Source of the DNA: Chloroflexota bacterium
GTDB taxonomy: Bacteria > Chloroflexota > Dehalococcoidia > Dehalococcoidales > JAUVZV01
Direction of reading: 5' to 3'
Assembly (NCBI GenBank): GCA_030602375.1
Contig: JAUVZV010000001.1
Coordinates: 2,630 to 66,629, forward strand
DNA: 64,000 nucleotides
A program made the translations under genes and the position numbers. The notes beneath the pieces are model-generated. The model saw only the letters and a list, made by a program, of their open reading frames with translations. It did no database searches and was not told where the DNA came from. Of the stretch, positions 25,279 to 33,885 are shown piece by piece. Each line of letters opens with the position of its first letter. The stretch's first letter is position 1.

Positions 25279-26070
25279 ATGCTCAATTTAAATAACATTG
25301 AGGTTACCTATCTCAATGTTATCCGGGTGCTGCATGGCGTCTCGCTTGAGGTACAGGAGGGCTCAATTGTTGCCCTGCTGGGGGCTAATGGTGCTGGCAA
25401 GAGCACCACCCTAAAGGCAATATCCGGGCTGCTCTACGCTGAGGAGGGAGAGGTAACCGACGGCAGTATTCACTGGAATGGCGAGAGGATCGACAGGAAA
25501 AGTGCCGAAGAGATAGGTAAGCTAGGCATTATTCAAGCACTGGAGGGACGCCGGGTTTTCGGGCATCTCACAACAGAGGAGAACCTGCTGGTCGGTGCTT
25601 ATTACCGCAAAGACCGTCGTGCCATTAAACAAGACATGGCTATGGTTTACGACTACTTCCCACGACTTAAGGAGCTTCACCATAATACTGCCGGTTACCT
25701 CTCCGGGGGCGAGCAACAGATGCTGGTCATCGGCCGAGCCATGATGGCTACCCCAAAACTGATGATGCTGGACGAGCCGTCACTGGGCTTGGCGCCAATT
25801 TTGGTTGAAGAAATATATGATATCATAAAAAGGTTTAATACCGAGCATAAAACATCGGTGCTGCTTGTGGAGCAAAATGTCCGCATTGCCTTGAGCATCG
25901 CCAACTACGGTTATGTCATGGAAAATGGCCGCATTGTCCTTGATGGCAGCGCTGAATTTTTGAAAAACAACGAGGACGTCAAGGAATTCTATATGGGGCT
26001 GACCGCCATGGGCACCAAGAAGAGCTACCGGGAAGTAAAACACTACAAGAGGCGAAAGAGATGGCTATAG
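25279..26070 (+). CDS. livF: ABC transporter ATP-binding protein (LivF-like)
   Basis: Walker A GANGAGKST, signature LSGGEQQ and Walker B MLDEPS. Confidence 0.9.
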   Translation: MLNLNNIEVTYLNVIRVLHGVSLEVQEGSIVALLGANGAGKSTTLKAISGLLYAEEGEVTDGSIHWNGERIDRKSAEEIGKLGIIQALEGRRVFGHLTTEENLLVGAYYRKDRRAIKQDMAMVYDYFPRLKELHHNTAGYLSGGEQQMLVIGRAMMATPKLMMLDEPSLGLAPILVEEIYDIIKRFNTEHKTSVLLVEQNVRIALSIANYGYVMENGRIVLDGSAEFLKNNEDVKEFYMGLTAMGTKKSYREVKHYKRRKRWL

Positions 26071-27344
26071 CAAGACAGGACGAGTTTTTTGATGAACTGG
26101 AGACAATGCCGCCCAAGGTAAGAGAAGAATATCAAAACCAGAGGCTAGCCGAAACCCTAGAGCATGCTTACCGCAATGCCCCAGCGGCAAAGGAAATCTT
26201 TAAAAAGGCTCATCTAAGTCCAGACCAGATTGGCAGCATAAAAGACCTAGAGAAGCTACCTATCACCAGAAAAACTGACCTGATTGAGTTGCAAAAGAAA
26301 AAGCCACCCTATGGGGGACTTCTGGCTCTTACCCCTGAGGAGGTGGAAAGGATATTTATTACCCCTGGCCCTATCTATGAACCGCATCAAATTGAGGAGA
26401 TTAAGTGGTTTGCCAAAGCCTTCTGGGCTGCCGGGTTCAGAAAGGGTGATGTAGTCATTAATTCGTTCACCTACCACATGTCCCCAGCCGGCATTTTATT
26501 CCATGAAGCGATAAGGGACTGCGGGGCTACTGCCATAGCTATGGGCACTGGCAATACCGATATCCAGATTCAAACTATGCAAACTTTGAAGGTTAGCGGA
26601 TTTGTAGGCACACCCAGTTTTTTAATCACCCTAATTAAGCGAGCCGAGGAAATGGGCTATAACTTCCGCCAGGATTTTGCCTTAAAGAAAGCCTGGTTTA
26701 CCGGTGAGATGCTCCCTCCCTCGCTGCGGAAGACCTTGGAAGAGAAATACCAGATTTTAACCGCCCAAGCCTATGCCGTTACCGAGCCTGGCGGTGCCAT
26801 CGCTTATGAATGCCTCAAGAAATCTGGTATGCACCTTATGGATGAATATATAGTAGAGATAGTTAACCCAGAGACAGGAAAACAGCTTGAAGCTGGAGAG
26901 ATAGGTGAAATAGTAGTCACCCCAATTCATAATAAAGTCTGGGGCCTTATCCGCTTTGGCACCGGTGACCTGTCCTCATATACCACCGAGCCCTGCCCCT
27001 GCGGCCGGACTTCAAGTAAGCTCACTGGCATCGTTGGCAGAACCAGTGACGCGGTTAAAGTAAGAGGTATGTTCGTCATCTCAAGAGAGGTGGAACAGCT
27101 ATTTCTCGGTTTTGCAGAAATCTTAAGATTCCAGATGGTGGTTGGCCGCAAAGCCGAGCGGGATGAATTGACCCTTAAGGCTGAACTTAAGGATGAAACT
27201 ATAGATAAGAGCAAGCTGGCCAATGAGCTGATTAAGAGATTCCAGGACAGGTGTCGGCTGAGAATAGATAGGATTGACTTTGTGGAGAGAGGGACCATCC
27301 CCGAAGAACATCAAATAATAGTTGATGAAAGAACCTGGGAGTAA
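26061..27344 (+). CDS. phenylacetate-CoA ligase family protein (PaaK-like)
   Basis: 427 aa. KLPITRKTDL, GTPSFL and RFGTGD...CPCGR are features of PaaK/F390-synthetase-like adenylating enzymes. It overlaps the livF stop by 10 nt. Confidence 0.75.
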   Translation: MAIARQDEFFDELETMPPKVREEYQNQRLAETLEHAYRNAPAAKEIFKKAHLSPDQIGSIKDLEKLPITRKTDLIELQKKKPPYGGLLALTPEEVERIFITPGPIYEPHQIEEIKWFAKAFWAAGFRKGDVVINSFTYHMSPAGILFHEAIRDCGATAIAMGTGNTDIQIQTMQTLKVSGFVGTPSFLITLIKRAEEMGYNFRQDFALKKAWFTGEMLPPSLRKTLEEKYQILTAQAYAVTEPGGAIAYECLKKSGMHLMDEYIVEIVNPETGKQLEAGEIGEIVVTPIHNKVWGLIRFGTGDLSSYTTEPCPCGRTSSKLTGIVGRTSDAVKVRGMFVISREVEQLFLGFAEILRFQMVVGRKAERDELTLKAELKDETIDKSKLANELIKRFQDRCRLRIDRIDFVERGTIPEEHQIIVDERTWE

Positions 27345-27345
27345 A

Positions 27346-28164
27346 CTAGTGCTCCTTCCCCAAATAGGCGGCAATAACTTCAGCATTGGTTCTAATCTCA
27401 GCAGGAGTGCCCTCGGCAATCTTGCGGCCAAAATCCAAAACCACAATCCTGTCGGCGATATCCATCACCACTCCCATATCGTGCTCAACAAGGACGATAG
27501 AGTTAACCCCGTCCCGAAGCACCGGTGTCTCCGGATAGGTAACCCCCTGCCCCTCAAAAATATCAATAATGAACCTGGCAATATCCTCTTTCTCCTCTAG
27601 ATTCATCCCTGCCATCGGTTCATCGAGGAGCAGCACCTTTGGCTCCAGTGCCAAGGCTCGACCTAATTCAACCCTCTTGCGAAACCCATAGGGGAGAACA
27701 CCGACTACCTTCTTCCTGATTGACTCAATCTCCAAGAAATCAATAATGTCCTCTATCGTCCGGTGATGTTCAATCTCCTCCCGATGAGCCCAGCCAAAAT
27801 AAAGGGCACTGCTTAAAAAGTTCTGCTTCATCAGGACGTGTCTGGCAGCCATAATATTATCCAAGGTGCTCAGTCCGCTATATAGCTCAATATTCTGGAA
27901 AGTCCGAGCCAGTCCAAGTTGAGCCGCCTTATCCGGACGAATTCCGGTAATTTTCCTGCCCTCATAATATATCTCACCCTTCTGTGGTTTATAAAACCCG
28001 TTGATACAATTCAAAAGGCAGGTTTTACCGGCACCATTCGGCCCGATAATAGCCAGGATTTCATTCTCCCTTACCTCCAGACTGACATCGACAAGGGCAT
28101 TTACACCACCAAAGGACAGGGAGAGATTTTCGACTCGTATCTTTACTCTGTTTCCGTTGGTCAT
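27346..28164 (-). CDS. livG: ABC transporter ATP-binding protein (LivG-like)
   Basis: Walker A GPNGAGKT, LARTFQN, Walker B LLLDEP and a LivG-type C-terminus. Confidence 0.9.
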   Translation of the reverse strand: MTNGNRVKIRVENLSLSFGGVNALVDVSLEVRENEILAIIGPNGAGKTCLLNCINGFYKPQKGEIYYEGRKITGIRPDKAAQLGLARTFQNIELYSGLSTLDNIMAARHVLMKQNFLSSALYFGWAHREEIEHHRTIEDIIDFLEIESIRKKVVGVLPYGFRKRVELGRALALEPKVLLLDEPMAGMNLEEKEDIARFIIDIFEGQGVTYPETPVLRDGVNSIVLVEHDMGVVMDIADRIVVLDFGRKIAEGTPAEIRTNAEVIAAYLGKEH

Positions 28165-28166
28165 TT

Positions 28167-28433
28167 TTATACTGAACTCCCTCTTTTAGCCTCCTCGGCA
28201 TCAAGCTTATTTTTATAGCCAACTACTCGATGACAGTCAAGACCTTCACACTGAAGCTCCCGCTTTAACTGCTTACCCTTCCTCTTGAGTAGATTGAGTG
28301 TCTCCTTACTAGGCTGACTATATTTGTCATTGCCAGTACAATTCACCGACCAGTCTTTATATACCATCAAGGTTACTTCATCATCCACAGCCTCACAATA
28401 AATCGTGGTTGCTGTTAGCTTCCAGTCTACCAT
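28167..28433 (-). CDS. hypothetical small protein (88 aa, 4 Cys), translationally coupled to livG
   Basis: Its stop at 28167 is 2 nt from the livG start. I recognise no family. Confidence 0.3.
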   Translation of the reverse strand: MVDWKLTATTIYCEAVDDEVTLMVYKDWSVNCTGNDKYSQPSKETLNLLKRKGKQLKRELQCEGLDCHRVVGYKNKLDAEEAKRGSSV

Positions 28434-28539
28434 TATGTAAACTTACCCCTTGGTCAAATGTCGCTACTATATTACTATTGTCCCGCCCAGAATTCAACAA
28501 TCAATAAATTATGACTCTGGGGCAAAACTAGCATCAGGC

Positions 28540-28568
28540 TTGACAGTAAGCACAGCTTTGCCTAAAAT
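28540..28568 (+). promoter_or_regulatory. sigma70-type promoter TTGACA-N17-TAAAAT for the fur-family gene
   Basis: TTGACA at 28540-45, a 17-nt spacer, and TAAAAT at 28563-68. Confidence 0.55.
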
Positions 28569-28584
28569 AATTGAAAATTATTTT
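28564..28584. promoter_or_regulatory. Fur-family operator candidate (9-3-9 AT-rich inverted repeat)
   Basis: AAAATAATT-GAA-AATTATTTT has perfect 9-bp arms. It overlaps the -10 box and lies 16 nt upstream of the fur-family ATG. Confidence 0.5.
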
Positions 28585-28599
28585 CATTTAGACATTAGG

Positions 28600-29034
28600 A
28601 TGAAACTTACCGCCAATAAGATAGCCGGCCTATTAAGGCAGCATGGTTATAAACTCACCCCACAGCGCTGGGCAGTACTAAACGTAATTTCGCACCGCCA
28701 TGACCATCTTACCCCGGCAGCTATATACGATAGGGTGAGTCAAGAACACCCCGGCATCGGGCTGGTCACCATCTATCGCACCCTTGAGGTACTCGCCGAG
28801 CTCGGACTCCTCTGCAAAGTGCATGTGGAAGGTGGTTGCCGGAGCTACCTGATGAGGAGACCTTCAGTGCACCACCATCACCTCATCTGCTCCGGTTGCG
28901 GCAGGGTGGTTGACTTCACTGACTGTGCCCTTAACGAGCTTGAGCAGAGGCTGTCCCGAGAGACTGGATTTGAGATGAAAGACCACCTTCTTGAGCTCTA
29001 TGGCCATTGCCAGAACTGCCAAAAGATAGCCTGA
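28600..29034 (+). CDS. Fur-family metalloregulator (Fur/Zur/PerR type)
   Basis: KLTPQRWAVL winged helix, HHHH, and CSGC...CQNC structural-zinc motifs. The true start is ATG 28600; the tracked extension covers the promoter. Confidence 0.85.
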   Translation: MKLTANKIAGLLRQHGYKLTPQRWAVLNVISHRHDHLTPAAIYDRVSQEHPGIGLVTIYRTLEVLAELGLLCKVHVEGGCRSYLMRRPSVHHHHLICSGCGRVVDFTDCALNELEQRLSRETGFEMKDHLLELYGHCQNCQKIA

Positions 29035-29117
29035 GCATAGCTTACTTATACACCACTCAAATGGTGCTTTCTTTTTGCATTAAAAAGGTTTTCGATTAGC
29101 CAGCCGGTAAAGGGAAA

Positions 29118-29765
29118 ATGGAAAAACTGAAGCTAATAGCAAAAGAACTTACCAGTCATGCCCCATTCACCATCTTGGGGGCGTCTACAGGGATTATCAT
29201 CATGGTCATAATAGTGCTTTCAAATGCCCCCAAGGATATTTCCAGTGCCCTTTTTTACACCCTGCATCCCATCCATGTTCTCTTAAGTGCGCTGGTGACA
29301 ACATCTATATACAAGCTATGGGGAAAGGGTACAATCTGGTCAGCAATTATTATCGGTTATACCGGCTCCATCTTGATAGCTACATTAAGTGATGCCATAA
29401 TTCCCTATCTATGCGGGACCTCGATTCAGATCTCAATGCAATTTCATCTGCCCTTTATCGAGACGACAAAAGTACCCTTTATTGGAGTTACAAAATGGCA
29501 TCTGGTAAATTCTGCCGCCGCCCTCGGGATTTTAATCGGTTATTTAAAACCGACGACTAAATTCCCACACGCCGGACATGTTTTGCTAAGCACCTGGGCA
29601 TCCCTATTCAACTTCGCTGCCTTCGGGATAGCAAACTGGATTCCTTTGCTTCATTTTGTCTTCTTGTTTTTATTCCTTGCCGTTTGGGTCCCTTGCTGCC
29701 TAAGCGACATAGCATATCCTCTTCTCTTTGCCAGGAAGGACAAAGAACATCCCCATAAAATATAA
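29118..29765 (+). CDS. integral membrane protein, possible metal-ion transporter
   Basis: 215 aa with about 6 TM segments and conserved-looking His residues (HAPF, HPIHV, HAGHV). The function is inferred only from the Fur-family gene immediately upstream. Confidence 0.3.
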   Translation: MEKLKLIAKELTSHAPFTILGASTGIIIMVIIVLSNAPKDISSALFYTLHPIHVLLSALVTTSIYKLWGKGTIWSAIIIGYTGSILIATLSDAIIPYLCGTSIQISMQFHLPFIETTKVPFIGVTKWHLVNSAAALGILIGYLKPTTKFPHAGHVLLSTWASLFNFAAFGIANWIPLLHFVFLFLFLAVWVPCCLSDIAYPLLFARKDKEHPHKI

Positions 29766-29782
29766 TTCACCACACTCTTAAG

Positions 29783-31045
29783 CTAAAATTCTCGCTTGAT
29801 GTTTCTAATTGGCTTTAGCAGTGATACTAGTACCAAACCGACAACGCTAAGGATAATACAAATGATGAAAGCTAACTGGTAACTCCCGGTGACATCAAAG
29901 ATGTAACCGGACAGAACCGAGCCAATGGCACCACCAATAAAGCCAAAAAAGACATTGGTACCGAAAATTGCACCGTGCCACTTGAGCCCCAATAACTCAG
30001 CCGCCGATATTGACTGCAATGCTACCTTGGCTCCATAGGCCAGTCCGAAGAGGACAGCAAAGAGATAAAACAGCCAAACTTCCCTAGCTATAAGTAGTAT
30101 GGGGAAGGCAACTATTACCAAGCCCCAAAAAGCCTGATAAGCCGGCTTATAACCAATCCTATCAGCAATACCACCACCCATAATGCGGCTAATTATGTCC
30201 ACTCCACCAATAATGGCAATAAAACTGGCAGCGATAGCAGCCGAAATCCCGAGGTCAGTGGCATGGGGAACAATATGGGTCATCACAGTAAGCAGATAGT
30301 AGCCAAAACAAAAGGCAGCCAGAGAAAGTAACCAGAACTGACTGGTATGAAGTGCCTCCCAGAGGGAGAACCCTTCGGCTTCCGAGCCTGACTCTTCTCT
30401 TTCCGCTTCACCCTCACCATAGGGCAGCTGCCCTACTTGGCCTGGGTCACGCTTGAGGAACTGGGCTGCCAGTACCAGTATGACTAAAGAGGCACTACCG
30501 ATAATAATATAGGAGGTTCGCCAGTCGTAGATGGAAATCAACCAGTTAGTCAGCGGTGGCACAATCACTAAGCCCAGCCCCACACCACCAGAGACAATAC
30601 CGGTCATCAACCCCCTTCTCTTAACAAACCACCTTGATACCGTGGACAACATCGGAACCAAGCCACCGCTCATCCCGATAGCTACTATTACCCCGTAATA
30701 AAGGTATAGCTGCCAGACGGACTCAATTTGTGACATCAAAAGATAACCAGCCCCTAAAATGAAGCCGCAAGCCGTCATCACCACCCTGGGACCAAACCTG
30801 TCGTTCAGCCTCCCGGTAAGAATAAAAAGCAAACCCTGCAGTATTGAGCAGAGCGAGAAGGCGCCGGCGATCATTGCCCTCGTCCAGCCAAAATCCTCCG
30901 CTAGAGGCTTGAAGAAGATGCCAAAGGAAAAAAACGTGCCCTGGGTTACTAGCAGAACGAGGGAAGTAACCAAAACAATAATATAGCCATAGAATAATTT
31001 GGGGCTTTTCCGCAAATTGCAACCTTTTCTGCCCAGTTTTCTCAC
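29783..31045 (-). CDS. MFS transporter (paralog of 10124..11356)
   Basis: Long blocks of amino-acid identity with the first MFS (FGWTRAM..GAFSLC, GRLND..GPR, VAIGMSGG, RWFVKRRGLMTGIV, FDVTGSYQLAFIICIILS). Confidence 0.8.
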   Translation of the reverse strand: MRKLGRKGCNLRKSPKLFYGYIIVLVTSLVLLVTQGTFFSFGIFFKPLAEDFGWTRAMIAGAFSLCSILQGLLFILTGRLNDRFGPRVVMTACGFILGAGYLLMSQIESVWQLYLYYGVIVAIGMSGGLVPMLSTVSRWFVKRRGLMTGIVSGGVGLGLVIVPPLTNWLISIYDWRTSYIIIGSASLVILVLAAQFLKRDPGQVGQLPYGEGEAEREESGSEAEGFSLWEALHTSQFWLLSLAAFCFGYYLLTVMTHIVPHATDLGISAAIAASFIAIIGGVDIISRIMGGGIADRIGYKPAYQAFWGLVIVAFPILLIAREVWLFYLFAVLFGLAYGAKVALQSISAAELLGLKWHGAIFGTNVFFGFIGGAIGSVLSGYIFDVTGSYQLAFIICIILSVVGLVLVSLLKPIRNIKREF

Positions 31046-31163
31046 CTACTGAGCATCACCTTCACCATGGACTACAAATATAGGTTCCTCTAGGATAAGC
31101 TTACTCACCAGACGTCGCTTAAAAACTACCCTTAACTTCAGGGGGACATAAGATACGGATGAA

Positions 31164-31472
31164 TTACCACGGAGTGGATTTTTTCTCCTTTAAGGTAGCA
31201 ATAAGACCTTCGATAGGGATTGCCGCCAAGGTCATAGTATGCATGCCTCCACCGGCACTAAGTCGTATTGCCAGTTTGGCGATGACCTCATCGCTTGGGG
31301 CTTCGAGAATGTTGACAAAATCGTACTGACCCAGCAGAGCGTACTGGCTCAGTATTTTAACCCCCAGATGCTCTACCTCTTTATTGACCTCCTTAAGAAA
31401 ATCAGGATTTTCTTGAAGGCTTTTTCTCCCCTCATCAGTGAGAGTGGTGAGCATAAGATAGACAGACATCAC
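31164..31472 (-). CDS. GYD domain-containing protein
   Basis: 102 aa. LLGQYDFVNILEAP contains the GYD signature. Confidence 0.65.
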   Translation of the reverse strand: MMSVYLMLTTLTDEGRKSLQENPDFLKEVNKEVEHLGVKILSQYALLGQYDFVNILEAPSDEVIAKLAIRLSAGGGMHTMTLAAIPIEGLIATLKEKKSTPW

Positions 31473-31502
31473 TACCTCCTCTTAATTGATTTCTAGCGAG
31501 TG

Positions 31503-32363
31503 TTATCTGGTTTTATTCACCACTGCAATCAGAGCACCCGGTCCGGTATGGACACCTAGCGCTGGGCCCAGCCTTGCCAGCTGAGGCACTACCTCAGGAA
31601 AGAGCCGACGTACGTAGTCGGCCAGCGTCTGAGCCTCGCCAGGGGTAGTGCCATAGACTATAGCCAAATCTTTAACCGGTAACGCCGATTTTATAAACTC
31701 ACGCAGTCGGTCGATCCCTTTACTCCGGGTGCGCACCAATCCCGCTGGACGAAGCTCACCGTCACGTAGAGTAAGTAAAAGCTTCACATTAAGCACCGAT
31801 TCCACCGCTGAGATAGTCTTGCCAAGACGCCCACCTCTAATTACATACTTCAGAGTGTCCAGAAGCGCCAGAGCACGCAGTTGGCCGATAGTCTCATGAA
31901 CCGCCTCCAGCACCTCACCGAGACCGCAGCGGGCCTCAGCAACCCTGGCAGCGGCTATGGCAACCAGACCCTGCCACATTGTCACCCCTTTAGAATCAAT
32001 AACTTCAATCCTGAAACCTTTCTTTTGTGCCAATTCTTTACCTGCTATCGCCGCATCATAGGTGCCACTATGCTTACTGGTAACATGAATCGAGACAATT
32101 TCATCAGTTTCCCGCCCCATATCTTCATAAACCCTGGCAAAATCTCCTGGTGATGGGGCTGCAGTATAGGGATGAACTGAGCTGGTCTCCAGTTTACGAT
32201 AAAACTCACTGCTATCCATATCCACGCCGTCGCGATAGACCTCGTCACCAAAGCGAAGATATACCGGCACCACGGTAATGCCAAGCCGTCTGGCTTCTTC
32301 CTGTGGAATGTCGGAGCAGCTGTCAGTAACAACTTTAACCGCCGCCGAATAAAACCCCCTTAT
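31503..32363 (-). CDS. DegV family (fatty-acid-binding) protein; 5' end uncertain
   Basis: DegV motifs. The conserved N-terminus VKVVTDSCSDIPQEEARRLGITVVPVY lies in frame upstream of the tracked GTG 32273. No ATG/GTG/TTG is available there; ATA at 32363 is the only near-cognate codon. Confidence 0.8.
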   Translation of the reverse strand: MRGFYSAAVKVVTDSCSDIPQEEARRLGITVVPVYLRFGDEVYRDGVDMDSSEFYRKLETSSVHPYTAAPSPGDFARVYEDMGRETDEIVSIHVTSKHSGTYDAAIAGKELAQKKGFRIEVIDSKGVTMWQGLVAIAAARVAEARCGLGEVLEAVHETIGQLRALALLDTLKYVIRGGRLGKTISAVESVLNVKLLLTLRDGELRPAGLVRTRSKGIDRLREFIKSALPVKDLAIVYGTTPGEAQTLADYVRRLFPEVVPQLARLGPALGVHTGPGALIAVVNKTR

Positions 32364-32534
32364 AAATTTTAAATACCGACTTTAGGCTTAAAGTATACTA
32401 CGGAACTCAGGTTGTGTAAATTAACTGAGGAAAAAGTCAATCAAGCAATAATTATAGTCCTTTAGGATACACCTTCAGCCACTACGGGGGCTTATTATCG
32501 ACCAATAGCTGGCTTAAACACCCCTATTATGCCC

Positions 32535-32565
32535 TTGACAAGCAGCAATAAGGATGTTTTATAAT
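32535..32565 (+). promoter_or_regulatory. sigma70-type promoter TTGACA-N19-TATAAT
   Basis: TTGACA at 32535-40 and TATAAT at 32560-65. The spacer is long, which lowers confidence. It sits about 300 nt upstream of proX. Confidence 0.35.
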
Positions 32566-32868
32566 AACACGACTTTTGTCTCAAGCTCATTTGGTTAAGG
32601 CAAACCTCAACTTAGCCGAATGAAGTAAAACGGAGGGTTGAGAAATATGAGTGAGAGATACACCTGATTAATATTATGTTTTCCGGGGACAAAGTGCTAA
32701 TTAATCGCTCCTTGTTCCTCTAGTATCCCCGATATAATGTCCCCCTTAATTTTCAAAAATAACTGGCCTACCCCTCATCTCAAGATGATTTCTCCCCTGA
32801 AAAGTCCTCACTAAATTAAAGCAAGGAGTTAGCCTAAAAAAGTTAAGTTAATAATTAAGGAGGTAATA

Positions 32869-33873
32869 GTGATTACTGGAAAGAAAAGAATGTGGAACAA
32901 GATTTCTCTAGTTGCTCTGGGCGCCCTACTCATCCTGCTGCCATTTGCCGGTTGTGCCCAAGCACCAGAGGAGACGATTGTCTTCGCCGACTATAACTGG
33001 GATAGTGCTCAGGTACACGCCCGCATCGCTAGTTTCATTGTCGAAAACGGCTATGGCTATCCCCCTTCAGAATTTGTCCCCGTTGGGACAATTCCCGGGC
33101 TTCAGGGTGTAGTCCGTGGGGACCTAGATGTAAGTATGGAAATCTGGATAAAAAGCCAGCAGGAGGCATACGACAAGGCTATAGCCACCGGCAATATAGT
33201 TAACCTCGGCACTAATTTCGCTGACAACTGGCAGGGGTGGCTGGTGCCGACCTACATGATTGAGAACGGTCAACTTCCGGAGGGGGTAACTGTTTCCGAC
33301 ATGCCCAAATACTGGGAGTTATTCAAAGACCCTGAAGACCCGACCAAGGGGCGTTTCTACTCCTGCATCCCTGGCTGGGAATGTCAAAAGTGGAACGAAA
33401 TGAGGATGGAGGGCTACGGACTGTCTGAGTACTATAATGTCTTTCTCCCCGGTTCAGATGCCGCCCTGGCAGGATCCATGGTCGCTGCCTACGAGAAGGG
33501 TGAGCCCTGGTTTGGCTACTACTGGGAACCGACCTGGCTTCTGGGCAAACTTGATATGACCAAGGTTGAGGAGCCGCCCTTTGATGAGGAGATATGGGAA
33601 ACCACCAAAGCCTGTGCCTGGCCTAGCGACCCGACTGAGATCGTGGTTCACGTCAGTCTTCTGGATAGAGCCCCTGAAGTAGTGGAATTTCTCAAAAAAT
33701 ACGAAACCACTACCGCTATGAACAACGAATTTCTAGCCTATATGCAGAAAACTGAGGCATCTACCATGGAGGCAGCCATCTGGTTCTTAAAAGGGTACGA
33801 GTCAGTATGGACACAATGGGTGCCGTCAAGCGTTGCCAAGAAGGTTAAAGCAACCCTAGAAACCCTACCCTAG
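32869..33873 (+). CDS. proX: glycine betaine/proline-betaine ABC transporter substrate-binding lipoprotein
   Basis: Lipobox PFAGC and an OpuAC-type sequence (ADYNWDSAQV...). SD AAGGAGG precedes the GTG start. Confidence 0.8.
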   Translation: MITGKKRMWNKISLVALGALLILLPFAGCAQAPEETIVFADYNWDSAQVHARIASFIVENGYGYPPSEFVPVGTIPGLQGVVRGDLDVSMEIWIKSQQEAYDKAIATGNIVNLGTNFADNWQGWLVPTYMIENGQLPEGVTVSDMPKYWELFKDPEDPTKGRFYSCIPGWECQKWNEMRMEGYGLSEYYNVFLPGSDAALAGSMVAAYEKGEPWFGYYWEPTWLLGKLDMTKVEEPPFDEEIWETTKACAWPSDPTEIVVHVSLLDRAPEVVEFLKKYETTTAMNNEFLAYMQKTEASTMEAAIWFLKGYESVWTQWVPSSVAKKVKATLETLP

Positions 33874-33885
33874 CTATCAGGATAG

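Noticed and set aside
28450-28599. 50-codon N-terminal extension of the Fur-family ORF
   Set aside because: This stretch contains the TTGACA/TAAAAT promoter and the palindromic operator. The Fur-like domain begins at ATG 28600.
32045-32332. 95-aa alternative-frame ORF overlapping the degV 5' region
   Set aside because: Its product shows no family resemblance, whereas the other frame gives clear DegV sequence. I noted it only because of the degV start-codon problem.
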